DNA of 64,000 bases from an uncultured Acidobacteriota bacterium (GTDB lineage: Bacteria; Acidobacteriota; Thermoanaerobaculia; Multivoradales; UBA5704): positions 3,520,001-3,584,000 of the forward strand of contig CAVYRF010000002.1 of the NCBI GenBank assembly GCA_963770895.1. Reading direction: 5' to 3'. Shown here piece after piece: positions 8,654-17,990 of the stretch. A model generated the notes under the pieces. The model was given only the letters and a program-made list of their open reading frames with translations. It was not told where the DNA came from and did not search any database. Position numbers and translations under genes: made by a program. How positions within the stretch are numbered: position 1 is the first letter of the stretch; every line of letters starts with the position of its first letter.

Positions 8654-9829
8654 ATGAGCAGCGAAGCGCCCAGGGACGGGGACGGCGATCCCGGCATGCG
8701 CCTGGAACTGTCGGCGGCGCAGCGCGATGCGCGCGAGCGCTGCCGCCAGTTTGTCGCCGAATGGGTGGCGCCGCACGCGGGCGAATGGGACCGGGCGGGC
8801 CGCATGCCGCCGCAGGTGATCGACCAGGTGCGGCAGCGCGGCTACCTGGGCTCCCACCTGGCGCCGCAGCTGGGCGGCGGCGGCCTCGACCCCATCGCCT
8901 ACGGCCTGATCACCGAACAGATCGGGCGCGGCTGCTCGTCGCTGCGCTCGCTGCTCACCGTGCACGACATGGTGAGCGAAGCGATCCGCCGGTGGGGGAG
9001 CCCGTACCTCAAGCGCGAGGTGGTGCCGCGCCTGGCGCGCGCTGAGCTGCTGGCAGCGCTGGCGCTGTCGGAACCCGACGTCGGCAGCGACGCCGCCTCC
9101 GTCCAGACCGTCGCAGAGCGCGATGGCGACGCCTACGTGCTGCACGGGCGCAAGCGGTGGATCACCTTCGGCATGGTCGCCGACCTGTTTCTGGTCTTCG
9201 CCCGCTGCGGCGGTCAGGTCGCCGCCTTCGCCGTGCCGGCCGACGCCGCGGGTCTGACCCGCCAGCCGATCACGACCGTCGTCGGCACCCGCGCCTCCCA
9301 CCTGGCCGAGCTCACCTTCGACGGTTGCCGGGTGGCGCCCGAGCACCTGGTCGGGCGCGTCGGCTTCGGCTTTACCCACGTCGCCCTGACCGCCCTCGAC
9401 CACGGCCGCTACAGCGTCGCCTGGGGCGCCGTGGGCATCGCCCAGGCCTGCCTGGACGCCTGCCTGGCCTACACCGCGGAGCGCCAGCAGTTCGGCAAAC
9501 CGATCGCCGGCCACCAGCTGGTGCAGCAGAAGCTCACCCGCATGATCGTCGACGTCCGCGCCGCCCGCCTGCTCTGCTGCCGCGCCGGCTACCAGCGCTC
9601 GATCGGCGCCCCCGACGCCGCGGGCGAAACCCTGATCGCCAAGTACCACGCCTCGCGCGCCGCCACCAGCGCCGCCAACGATGCGGTGCAGCTGCACGGC
9701 GCCAACGGCCTTTCCCAGGACTACCCGGTCGAGCGCTACCTGCGCGACGCCAAGGTCACCGAGATCATCGAAGGCAGCACCCAGATCCAGGAGGTCGCCA
9801 TCGCCGCCTATCCGCCGGGCGACCTGTGA
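8654..9829 (+). CDS. Acyl-CoA/ACP dehydrogenase (FkbI/ZmaE-like)
   Basis: GCSSLRSLLTVHDMV, ALSEPDVGSDA, RQQFGKPI, QLHGANG, RDAKVTEIIEGSTQIQ; alternative start at 8696. Confidence 0.9.
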   Translation: MSSEAPRDGDGDPGMRLELSAAQRDARERCRQFVAEWVAPHAGEWDRAGRMPPQVIDQVRQRGYLGSHLAPQLGGGGLDPIAYGLITEQIGRGCSSLRSLLTVHDMVSEAIRRWGSPYLKREVVPRLARAELLAALALSEPDVGSDAASVQTVAERDGDAYVLHGRKRWITFGMVADLFLVFARCGGQVAAFAVPADAAGLTRQPITTVVGTRASHLAELTFDGCRVAPEHLVGRVGFGFTHVALTALDHGRYSVAWGAVGIAQACLDACLAYTAERQQFGKPIAGHQLVQQKLTRMIVDVRAARLLCCRAGYQRSIGAPDAAGETLIAKYHASRAATSAANDAVQLHGANGLSQDYPVERYLRDAKVTEIIEGSTQIQEVAIAAYPPGDL

Positions 9830-9924
9830 CCGTCCGCGGCCCCGTGGCGCAGATGATGCACCCAACGCAGCCATGCCGCCCAACCGTGCGGCGCGCTGCA
9901 AATTCTTGCCTTGGGAGAGCGTGC

Positions 9925-11064
9925 ATGCCAGCCAGAGAGCCCGTCGAACGCCACAATCCCCCGTCCGCCGGCCGGCCCGCGCCGCGGTCCATCCCGGCTG
10001 CCGCCGCCTGGCGCCGCTGCGCCCGGCTGACCCTGGGCGCCGTCGTCCTGCTGGGCGCCGCGGCGACCGTCCCGGCGGCGCGAGCCGCCGGCGCCGCCGC
10101 GGCACCGCCGGCGGACCTGGCCGCCGATCTGACCGCCATGGAAGATGCCGACCGCGCCTTTGCGCGCCTGTCGCGCCAGCAGGGGTTGAAGGCGGCCTTC
10201 CTGGCCTACATGGCCGACGATGCCGTGCTCTTCCGCCCCGGCCCGGTGCCAGGTCCCGCCTACGTCGGCGCCCGGCCCTCGCCCGCCATCGATCTCGTCT
10301 GGGCGCCGGTGCACGCCGTCGTCGCCAAGAGCGGCGACCTGGGCTACACCACCGGCCCCTACCAGGTGCGTGACCTCGACGCCGCCCACGCCGTCGAAGA
10401 CCAGGGCTGGTACGTCACCATCTGGCGCAAGCAGCCCGACGGCAGCTGGAAACTCATCGTCGACCAGGGCGTCTCCACCCCGCCGCCCACCGGCATCGCC
10501 GCCACGCTGATCGCCGCCGCCGCCGCCGGCACCGCCGGGACCGCCAGCGGCGCGGCCGCGGCAGCCCCGCCAGCCGCCGGCAGCACTGCCACTCCGCCGG
10601 CCGCCGGCACCGCCGGCGCCGCCGGGATGGCAGCCGGCTCGGCCCCGCAGGACGCCGCGCAAGGCCTGGTGATGCGGGCGGACCGCGACTTTGCCGGCGA
10701 CGCCAACGTCCACGGCCCGCGCGCCGCCTACATGACCAGCCTGGCGCCCGGCGCCCGCCTCTACCGCCAGGACGCCGCCCCCGTCGAAGGCCGCGACGCG
10801 ATCGGCAAAGCCCTTTCCGGCGGCCACCAGCCCAACCCCGGCGGCCAGGCCACCGCCGCCGGCGTTTCCGCCGCCGGCGACCTGGGCTACACCTACGGCT
10901 CAACCGCCGTCACCGGCCCCGCCGCCCTCTCCAAGAGCGCCACCGCCGCCGCCACCACCAGCATGTACCTGCGCCTCTGGCAGCGCCAGGGCAGCGGCAC
11001 CTACACCATCATCTTGGACCTGATGAAGCCCCTGCCGCCACCGGCGCCGGAGGTTCACCACTAG
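9925..11064 (+). CDS. Secreted protein with two NTF2/SnoaL-like (DUF4440-type) domains
   Basis: Signal-like hydrophobic stretch; two copies of ADR.FA...AF/AY...SGDLGYT.G...Y..IW.KQ.DGSWK separated by an Ala/Pro/Gly linker; start uncertain. Confidence 0.7.
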   Translation: MPAREPVERHNPPSAGRPAPRSIPAAAAWRRCARLTLGAVVLLGAAATVPAARAAGAAAAPPADLAADLTAMEDADRAFARLSRQQGLKAAFLAYMADDAVLFRPGPVPGPAYVGARPSPAIDLVWAPVHAVVAKSGDLGYTTGPYQVRDLDAAHAVEDQGWYVTIWRKQPDGSWKLIVDQGVSTPPPTGIAATLIAAAAAGTAGTASGAAAAAPPAAGSTATPPAAGTAGAAGMAAGSAPQDAAQGLVMRADRDFAGDANVHGPRAAYMTSLAPGARLYRQDAAPVEGRDAIGKALSGGHQPNPGGQATAAGVSAAGDLGYTYGSTAVTGPAALSKSATAAATTSMYLRLWQRQGSGTYTIILDLMKPLPPPAPEVHH

Positions 11065-11077
11065 GCCCAGGGGGGGG

Positions 11078-12961
11078 CTAGTTGGTGGTGAGGGGCAGGG
11101 GGAGGTCGGCGGTGGAGGAGAGGTTGAGCTGGCCGCGGCCTTCGGCTTTGGAGCGGTAGAGGGCTCGGTCGGCGGCGCGGAGGAGCTCTCCCTGGTTGTC
11201 GCCGCTTTCGGGATAGAAGCTGATGCCCAGGGAGGCGGTGACTTTGAGGGTGTCGCCCTCGTGGTCGACCGGCTGGGCGATGAGGCGCAGCATGGATTCG
11301 CCGATCTGGATGGCTTCGGTGACTTCGAGGTCGAAGAGCAGCAGGGCGAATTCGTCGCCGCCCAGGCGGGCGAGGGTGTCTTCCTGGCGGAAGCTCTTGG
11401 CCAGGCGGGAGGCGATGTCGCGCAGCAGGTGGTCGCCGGCGTCGTGGCCGAAGGTGTCGTTGATCGGTTTGAAGCCGTCCAGGTCGAGGTAGAAGATGGC
11501 CAGGCGGCGGTCGTGGCGCTTGGCCTGGGCGAGGGCGAGCGACAGCCGGTCGTCGAACTGGGCGCGGTTGCCGATGCCGGTCAGGCGGTCCTGGAAGGCC
11601 TGGCGGGCCAGCTCTTCGCGCGCCTGGCGGCGGGCGGTGACGTCGAGGGCGTGGCCGAGAGCGTAGGGGGGCGCGGCCGGATCCTCGACCATCTGCTCGA
11701 TATAGAGCCAGGTGCGCTGCTCGCCGTCGCGGCGGATCACATCGATGGTGATCTCCTGACGCTTGCGAGCGCGCAGGGCGGCCAGGTGGTCGCCGAAGCG
11801 GGCGGCGCTTTCGGCGGTCATATAGTCGGTGAAGCGCCGGCCGCACATCTGCTGCCCTGCGTAGCCGAGCTCCTGGGCGGCGGCGGGGTTGACCGCGACC
11901 AGCACGCCGTGGGTGTCGTGGGCGCAGATATAGGACGGGCTGGCTTCGAACAGCTCGCGATAGCGCCGTTCGCTGCCGGCCAGGGCGTCGACGGCGCGCT
12001 GGCGGCCGGCGTTGGCGCGGGCGAGCGACGAGGTTGCCGCCCACACCACGAAGCCGAGCAGCAGGATGGTGCCGACCGCCATGAGGGCGATGCCCAGCTC
12101 GATGCGGAACCAACCCTGGCGCTGCCCCAGGTAACGCAGCCAACCCAGGAGCAGCGGGATGGCGGTGGTGGAGGCGATCAGCCGCCGGGCCAGGCGGCCG
12201 GCTTCGTCGTCGCTGCACAGCAGGGCGACCAGGCCGCGGTCGGGGCGCGCCATCAGCGCGCCCGCGGCGAGCATCGCCAGGCAGAAGGCGGTGTTCACCG
12301 CCATGCCGTTGTCGGCGTGCGGGACGAGCGTCGTGCCCAGGTAGGCGTAGGCCACCAGGACGGCAAAGCTGAACGCCGCGGTCAGGGACAGGGCGGCGGC
12401 GGACAGGGTGGTGCCCGCCGCGGGCCGCGCCGGGCGGCCGATCCTGGCCGGCGGGTCGAGCCATATCAGGCCAAGACCCAGCAGCAGCAGGCAGGTCGCG
12501 GTGCTGGCCATCATCCGGCTGTTGCCTGCGTTGATCTTCTGCGGGAAAAGCCACAGGTCGACGCCGCCGACGCCGGTCGCCGCGTGCAGCAGGCGCAGGG
12601 CGCCGATGGCCGCCGTGCCCGCGGCGGCGACGATCCCGGCCCGCCGCCGCGCCGCGCTGGCATCGACCGGATGGAGCGCCAGGAGCGCCAGCGCCGCGCA
12701 GACGATGGCGATCGCCGTCGCCGGGTTCATCGCCACCAGGTTGGGGTTGACGCGATACAGCCAGGGAATCGCGGTCACCCATCCCACCAGCGCCAGCGTC
12801 GCCACCGCCAGCGCGCAGGCGCTCGCAATGGCCGGAAAGGCGGTGGCAGACCGCCCGGTCGTGGTCTTTGCGGTGGGCATCGTATCGTTTAACGTTTCCA
12901 CCAAAGCGGCCTGGAGCCAATCAGCGGCGCGCCCGATTCTCTGTAGGAATCCGTCTGACAC
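11078..12961 (-). CDS. Membrane-bound PAS-GGDEF diguanylate cyclase
   Basis: Multiple TM segments, PAS (FEASPSYICAHD...VNPAA), DRLTGIGNR, DLDGFKPINDTFGHDAGD, RQED I-site, LARLGGDEF; true start may be 12880. Confidence 0.9.
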   Translation of the reverse strand: MSDGFLQRIGRAADWLQAALVETLNDTMPTAKTTTGRSATAFPAIASACALAVATLALVGWVTAIPWLYRVNPNLVAMNPATAIAIVCAALALLALHPVDASAARRRAGIVAAAGTAAIGALRLLHAATGVGGVDLWLFPQKINAGNSRMMASTATCLLLLGLGLIWLDPPARIGRPARPAAGTTLSAAALSLTAAFSFAVLVAYAYLGTTLVPHADNGMAVNTAFCLAMLAAGALMARPDRGLVALLCSDDEAGRLARRLIASTTAIPLLLGWLRYLGQRQGWFRIELGIALMAVGTILLLGFVVWAATSSLARANAGRQRAVDALAGSERRYRELFEASPSYICAHDTHGVLVAVNPAAAQELGYAGQQMCGRRFTDYMTAESAARFGDHLAALRARKRQEITIDVIRRDGEQRTWLYIEQMVEDPAAPPYALGHALDVTARRQAREELARQAFQDRLTGIGNRAQFDDRLSLALAQAKRHDRRLAIFYLDLDGFKPINDTFGHDAGDHLLRDIASRLAKSFRQEDTLARLGGDEFALLLFDLEVTEAIQIGESMLRLIAQPVDHEGDTLKVTASLGISFYPESGDNQGELLRAADRALYRSKAEGRGQLNLSSTADLPLPLTTN

Positions 12962-13154
12962 GCGGAGTCAGACCGCCGCCGGCCCTGCCGACGCCTCCGC
13001 CGTGAGGCGCCGCCCGTCCTGATACTCGTGTATGTACTTTACCTTAACACATCGTTGCGCGCGCTGATGGCCCGCGGCGCGCCCAGCGCGGGCCGCCGGG
13101 AGCACCAGCCGCTGTTCGGCAAGCGCCAGGGACACAGGTGCTGAGCGACCGGCG

Positions 13155-15141
13155 CTAACCGCCTCCCAGGATTCGTCCCAGCATGTCGAGCAGGTTACCC
13201 GCCAGCCGCCCCATCGCTGGGAACTGGCTTGCTGCCAGGCCGAGCAGCGGCACCAGGCCATAGATGAGGATCTTCGACCAGAAGGACCAGTTGAAAGTAA
13301 TAGCATCGGCGGTGGTCCTGCCGATGGTGCTCAGCGCCGGGTCGTGCTCCATCTGTACGAAGACCACGATCACCGTGGCGCACATCGCCATCAATAGGAG
13401 GCAGAGCACCAGCAGCGTCGGGCTCTTCGGCTCGAAGTGGCCACATCCCATAGTTGCCGCTCGCTGCAATCCATACGCTGGGCGCCGGTGTCGGCCTCCC
13501 CATCAGCTCGCCGGCGGCAAGGTACACCCCTTCCTGCAACTCGCTGGCGAACTGCCGCCGGACGGTGGGATCGGGCGTCGCCGGCGACGGTATGCCGCCA
13601 CCGCCCTCGGTCACCATGGGAAAGCTGGAGATGGCCAGCGTGCCGAACATGGCCTGGTTGTATTGCGGATGGACGTAGAGCAGGTCGGCTTCGAACACGA
13701 ACAGGCTGGCGCCGGGAATCCAGCGGCGCACCTGTTCGGCCAGGAACAGCTCGTCCTTGACGTCGGTCGCCACGATCCCGACGTACGAGAACCTCTCGCG
13801 GGACAGCTGGCGTCCGACATTGGCGATCGTCACGTCGTAGATGCGCGTGGCGAGCGGGCTCTGCTCGGCAATCACGTCCACCGGCGGCTGGCGGTCGGCA
13901 AGGCTCACGTCCAGCGCGGTCTTGGGTGCGCTCACCGCCCTTGCCGAGGTCCCTTCGCCGGCGGCCGCAGGCTGGCCGGCGGCGGTGGTCGCAGCCCAAG
14001 CGTTGCGCAGCCCATACAGCTCGGTCGGGAACCTCACCTTGGTGAGGCGGCGCAGGAGAGGAGCCGCCTGCGTCGAGCTCCACAGCGAATTGCCGTAGGT
14101 TGTGTCGTTTTCGACCAACAGCACCGCGCGGTCCAGGTTCCAGCCCATCTTGTCCTGGAGGAAGCGGAGGGCGGTTTCGATGAGCGTTTCTTCGTCCACG
14201 ATCGTGCGGCTGAAAAGCACCCGTGACGGGCCGGTGATGTCAGCGAGGGCCTGTTCAACTCTCGGCGCCGCAGCCGATCCCGACACCAGGCGGAAGCAGA
14301 CGTCGGGTGGCGCGTTGTCGATCGCCAGGCGCAGCGAATCCGCCGCGCCTGAGTAGGTCGGCCCCAGAACCGGCAGCTCCACGCGGTCGGTGCAGGCGGA
14401 TGCCGCTGCGGTGGTCGGATGGCCCAGGTCGAGGTCGGCACGGCAGGCGGCGGCGTGAAGGCCGGCGATGAAGGAGACGGCGCTGTGGAAAGCCCTCTTG
14501 TGGATACCCTGTTTCGGCGTCTCGCCGACCAGGAAGACCGCCAGCAGCGATCCCCTGCGGTCGTTTCCGGTGCGCCGGAAAAGCAGCATGCCCGCTGCAT
14601 CCTGGTACGCCTTTTCGTCCAGTGCTTTGGACTGAGTCCAGGGGAGCCAGTTGCGGTCGAGCTGGTAGCTGGCATCGGCAAGAGCGCTCTGCACCGCTCG
14701 CAGCTCCAGGTCGAAGTCCGCTGCCAGGCCGGATTCCACCGGATCGGCCACCAGGACCATCATGTATTCGAGGCGCAGTCGATGATCGCGAGCAGCCAGT
14801 GCAATGCTCTCCCAGGCTCCGCCAGGAGGTTCGCTGGGCTCTGGCGAGAGGTCCAGGCGGACCGGTTCGCCGCCAACGCTGCCATGCAGCTCGAGGACAT
14901 CGTGTGGCCGCGCCTTGGGCGGCGCAATTTCCAGCTGTTCGCGGTAGAGACGCGCGTAGTCGCGGTATGCGGATCCAGTCGTGCCGTCGTCCGCCGGCGC
15001 CGGCTCGGCGCTTGCGGCGCCCGCGTCAGGGGCCGCCGGATGAGGCGGCACCTGAACCACCGGCGCCGGGGCCAAGCCGCGGGCGAGGAGCAGCGCCACC
15101 GAGGCCGCGCCGATGAGAAAAGGCGTCTGCTTGAGGTCCAT
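13155..15141 (-). pseudogene. Large hypothetical membrane-protein gene, apparently frameshifted with an internal deletion near 13437
   Basis: The 15141 frame reads as a globular protein up to ...SGNYGMWPL and then becomes nonsense-like; a second frame (13155-13440) carries TM-rich FEPK...VQMEHDPALS...FNWSFW...YGLVPLLGLAASQFP that looks like a genuine C-terminus. Confidence 0.55.
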
Positions 15142-15427
15142 ACGGCTGGTGCCCCCCCTTTTCCGCTGCGCCGCTCACCGATCTGCCCTGGTTACCTGAG
15201 ACGGACAGCGCACCGCTTTTTTGCTGATCCCTTGAGACACGGCGGAGATACCCGTCGGGGGAGCCGCGCCGCGAGTGAACGAGCCCTGGGCTCCCAAGAG
15301 GCCGGCCGAGGCAGCTATCCTTCGACCCTGCGCCACCCCGGTACGCTGGTCAGGGCAGGGCGAATTTGTTAGAACTCGCGGCGCGCGGCAACGTCCTGTG
15401 GCCAGGCCGCCTGGAGGGAGATCCGAC

Positions 15428-16399
15428 ATGAAGGCGGCAATCGTGGTGGAGGCTGGGAGGACGCCGGTGTACGGCGAGTTTCCTGAACCGCAGGCAGGTC
15501 CGGGGGAGGAGCTGATCCAGGTCGCGGCGGCGGCGTTGACGCCGCTCACCAAGGGCCGCGCGTCGGGCTCGCACTACAGCTCGGCGGGGCAGTTTCCGGC
15601 GGTCGTCGGGGTGGATGGCGTGGGGCGCACGGCGGCGGGGCAGCGGGTCTATTTCGTGCTGCCGAAGCCGCCGCAGGGGGCCATGGCGGAGCGGGTTGCG
15701 ATCGGCAGGGAGCGGTGCGTGGTGCTGCCCGACGACGTGGATGACGTGACCGCGGCGGCGATCGCAAATCCCGGCATGTCGTCCTGGGCGGCGCTGACCG
15801 AGCGGGCGCACCTCAAGGCCGGCGAGACGGTGCTGGTCAACGGCGCGACCGGGACGTCAGGGCGCCTGGCGGTGCAGATCGCCAGGCACCTGGGCGCTGC
15901 CCGGGTGATCGCGACCGGCCGCGACGCGGCCACCCTGGAGGAGCTGCGGGGGCTGGGCGCCGACGTGACGATCTCGCTGGCGCTGGCGCCGGGCGACCTG
16001 GAGGCCGCCCTGTCCGCCCAATTCGCGGCGGGCGTCGACGTGGTGCTGGACTATCTTTGGGGCGTCAGCGCCCAGACCGCGATCGTCGCCGCGGCCAGGG
16101 CGGGCAAGGACGGCGTGCCCGTCCGTTTTGTGCAGATCGGCAGCTCGAGCGGCGCCGATGTGGTCCTGCCCGGCGCCGCCCTGCGCTCGTCGGCGCTGGT
16201 GCTGATGGGCAGCGGCATCGGCAGCGTCCCGCTTGCCGGCCTGGTGAACGCGATCCGCGGCGTCATGCAGGCCGCCGGCCCCGCCCGCCTGTCGGTCAAG
16301 ACCGAAACCGTGCCCCTGGCGCAGGTCGAGCAGGCCTGGCAGCGGGACAGCGGCAGGAACCGCATCGTGTTCGTGATCGATGCGCCCGCCAGGAGTTAG
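15428..16399 (+). CDS. MDR-superfamily (quinone-oxidoreductase-like) NAD(P)-dependent oxidoreductase
   Basis: MKAAIV, P.VVGVDGVG, AAAIANPGMSSW, VLVNGATGTSG, DVVLDYLWG; GGAG RBS. Confidence 0.88.
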   Translation: MKAAIVVEAGRTPVYGEFPEPQAGPGEELIQVAAAALTPLTKGRASGSHYSSAGQFPAVVGVDGVGRTAAGQRVYFVLPKPPQGAMAERVAIGRERCVVLPDDVDDVTAAAIANPGMSSWAALTERAHLKAGETVLVNGATGTSGRLAVQIARHLGAARVIATGRDAATLEELRGLGADVTISLALAPGDLEAALSAQFAAGVDVVLDYLWGVSAQTAIVAAARAGKDGVPVRFVQIGSSSGADVVLPGAALRSSALVLMGSGIGSVPLAGLVNAIRGVMQAAGPARLSVKTETVPLAQVEQAWQRDSGRNRIVFVIDAPARS

Positions 16400-16409
16400 A
16401 CTGCTTGCC

Positions 16410-17918
16410 ATGTCACCTCTCACTCGTCGTGAGCTGATTGCTGCCACGGCTGCGTCTGCGGCCTCCCTCGCCCTGCCGCGCATGTTGCGGGCGGACGACG
16501 GTCTGGCGTCGATCCAGGCCGAGATCGTGAAGCGCCATGCGGAGGGCGTGGCGCGCCTGCAGGAGTGGGTGCGGCAGCCCTCGATCGCGGCCGAAAACCG
16601 CGGCATGAACGAGGGCTGCGACCTGATGATGCGGCTGGCCCGCGAGGCCGGGTTCCAGCAGGTGCAGAAGGTGCCGACCGACGGGCAGCCGGGTGTCTTC
16701 GCGACCCTGGACGCCGGTGCGGCGCGCACCGTCGGCCTGTATTTCATGTACGACGTCAAGCAGGTCGATCCTGCGGAATGGTCGTCGCCGCCGTGGGCGG
16801 CGGCGCTGGTCGACAAGCCCGAGTTCGGCAAGGTGCTGATCGGCCGCGGTGCGGTCAATCAAAAGGGGCCGCAGGCGGCCTTCCTTGCCGCGCTGCACGC
16901 CATTCACGGCGCCGGCCGCAAGCTGCCGGTCAACCTGGTCCTGGTCGCGGAAGGCGAAGAGGAGATCGGCTCGCCGCATTTCCGCCAGGTGGTGTGGCGG
17001 CCGGAGGTAAAGGCAGCGCTGGCCCGCTGCACCGGGGTGTTCATGCCGGCGTCGTCGCAGGACCCGGACGGCACGGTGACGGTGACGTTGGGCGCCAAGG
17101 GCGTCGTCGAGCTGGAGCTGGTGGCGAGCGGCGAGAAGTGGGGCCGCGGCCCCAAAAAAGACGTCCATTCGGCCAACCGGGCGCGGCTGGACAGCCCGGC
17201 GTTCCACCTGGTGCAGGCGCTGGCGACGCTGGTGACCGCCGACGGCGACCCGGCCATCGACGGCTTTGCCGACGCCGTGCGGCCGCCCTCGGCGGCGCAG
17301 CGCCAGATGGTGGACGTGGCGGCGGCGCGCATGCAGGAGGCGACCGCCAAGCGCATGACGTCGGCGGTGCGCTGGGCGCACGACGCGGGGTGGCACGATG
17401 CGCTGACCCGCTTCGCCTTCAATCCGACGGTGAACATCGAAGGGCTGGTGGCCGGCTACACGGGCCCGGGCGGCAAGACGGTGCTGCCGCACCGCGCCGT
17501 CGCCAAGCTGGACCTGCGCCTGGTGCCCGACATGACGTTCGACGGGTCGGTTGCGGCGCTGCGGGCGCACCTGGCCAAGCGCGGCTTTGGCGACGTCGAG
17601 GTGAACCCGAGCGGCGGCTACGACCCGACCTCGACCGATCCCGGCGCGGCGGTGATCCGCGCCGCGGTTTCCGTCTACCGGCGGGCGCACATCGATCCGA
17701 TCCTGTGGCCGCGCAACGCGGGCTCGTACCCCGGCTACGTGTTCACCGGACCGACCCTGAACCTGGGGGCGGGGCATTTCGGGCTCGGCCACGGCAGCGG
17801 CGCCCACGCTCCCGACGAATACCTGGTGATCGAGTCGTCCAATCCCCAGGTGGCGGGTTGGGACGGCGCGGTGCGCTCGTTTGTCGACTACCTGTACGAG
17901 CTTGCCACCATCGCCTGA
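16410..17918 (+). CDS. Tat-exported M20/M25/M40-family metallohydrolase
   Basis: Twin-arginine signal (LTRRELI), GRGAVNQKG, EGEEEIGS, GYTGPGGKTVLP, GAHAPDEY. Confidence 0.85.
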   Translation: MSPLTRRELIAATAASAASLALPRMLRADDGLASIQAEIVKRHAEGVARLQEWVRQPSIAAENRGMNEGCDLMMRLAREAGFQQVQKVPTDGQPGVFATLDAGAARTVGLYFMYDVKQVDPAEWSSPPWAAALVDKPEFGKVLIGRGAVNQKGPQAAFLAALHAIHGAGRKLPVNLVLVAEGEEEIGSPHFRQVVWRPEVKAALARCTGVFMPASSQDPDGTVTVTLGAKGVVELELVASGEKWGRGPKKDVHSANRARLDSPAFHLVQALATLVTADGDPAIDGFADAVRPPSAAQRQMVDVAAARMQEATAKRMTSAVRWAHDAGWHDALTRFAFNPTVNIEGLVAGYTGPGGKTVLPHRAVAKLDLRLVPDMTFDGSVAALRAHLAKRGFGDVEVNPSGGYDPTSTDPGAAVIRAAVSVYRRAHIDPILWPRNAGSYPGYVFTGPTLNLGAGHFGLGHGSGAHAPDEYLVIESSNPQVAGWDGAVRSFVDYLYELATIA

Positions 17919-17928
17919 AGCCGGAACG

Positions 17929-17971
17929 GCCTGCCGTCGAGCACGCAGGTTGCGCGGGCTCGCCGGCAGGC
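17929..17971. terminator. Imperfect GC-rich hairpin between convergent genes
   Basis: gcctgccg..cgagc / gctcg..cggcaggc arms; no clear U-tract. Confidence 0.35.
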
Positions 17972-17990
17972 GGATGGCCGCTACCGCGGG

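Noticed and set aside
9157-9924. N-terminal extension of the 635-aa ORF
   Set aside because: Off-frame overlap with the acyl-CoA dehydrogenase; the plausible protein begins near 9925.
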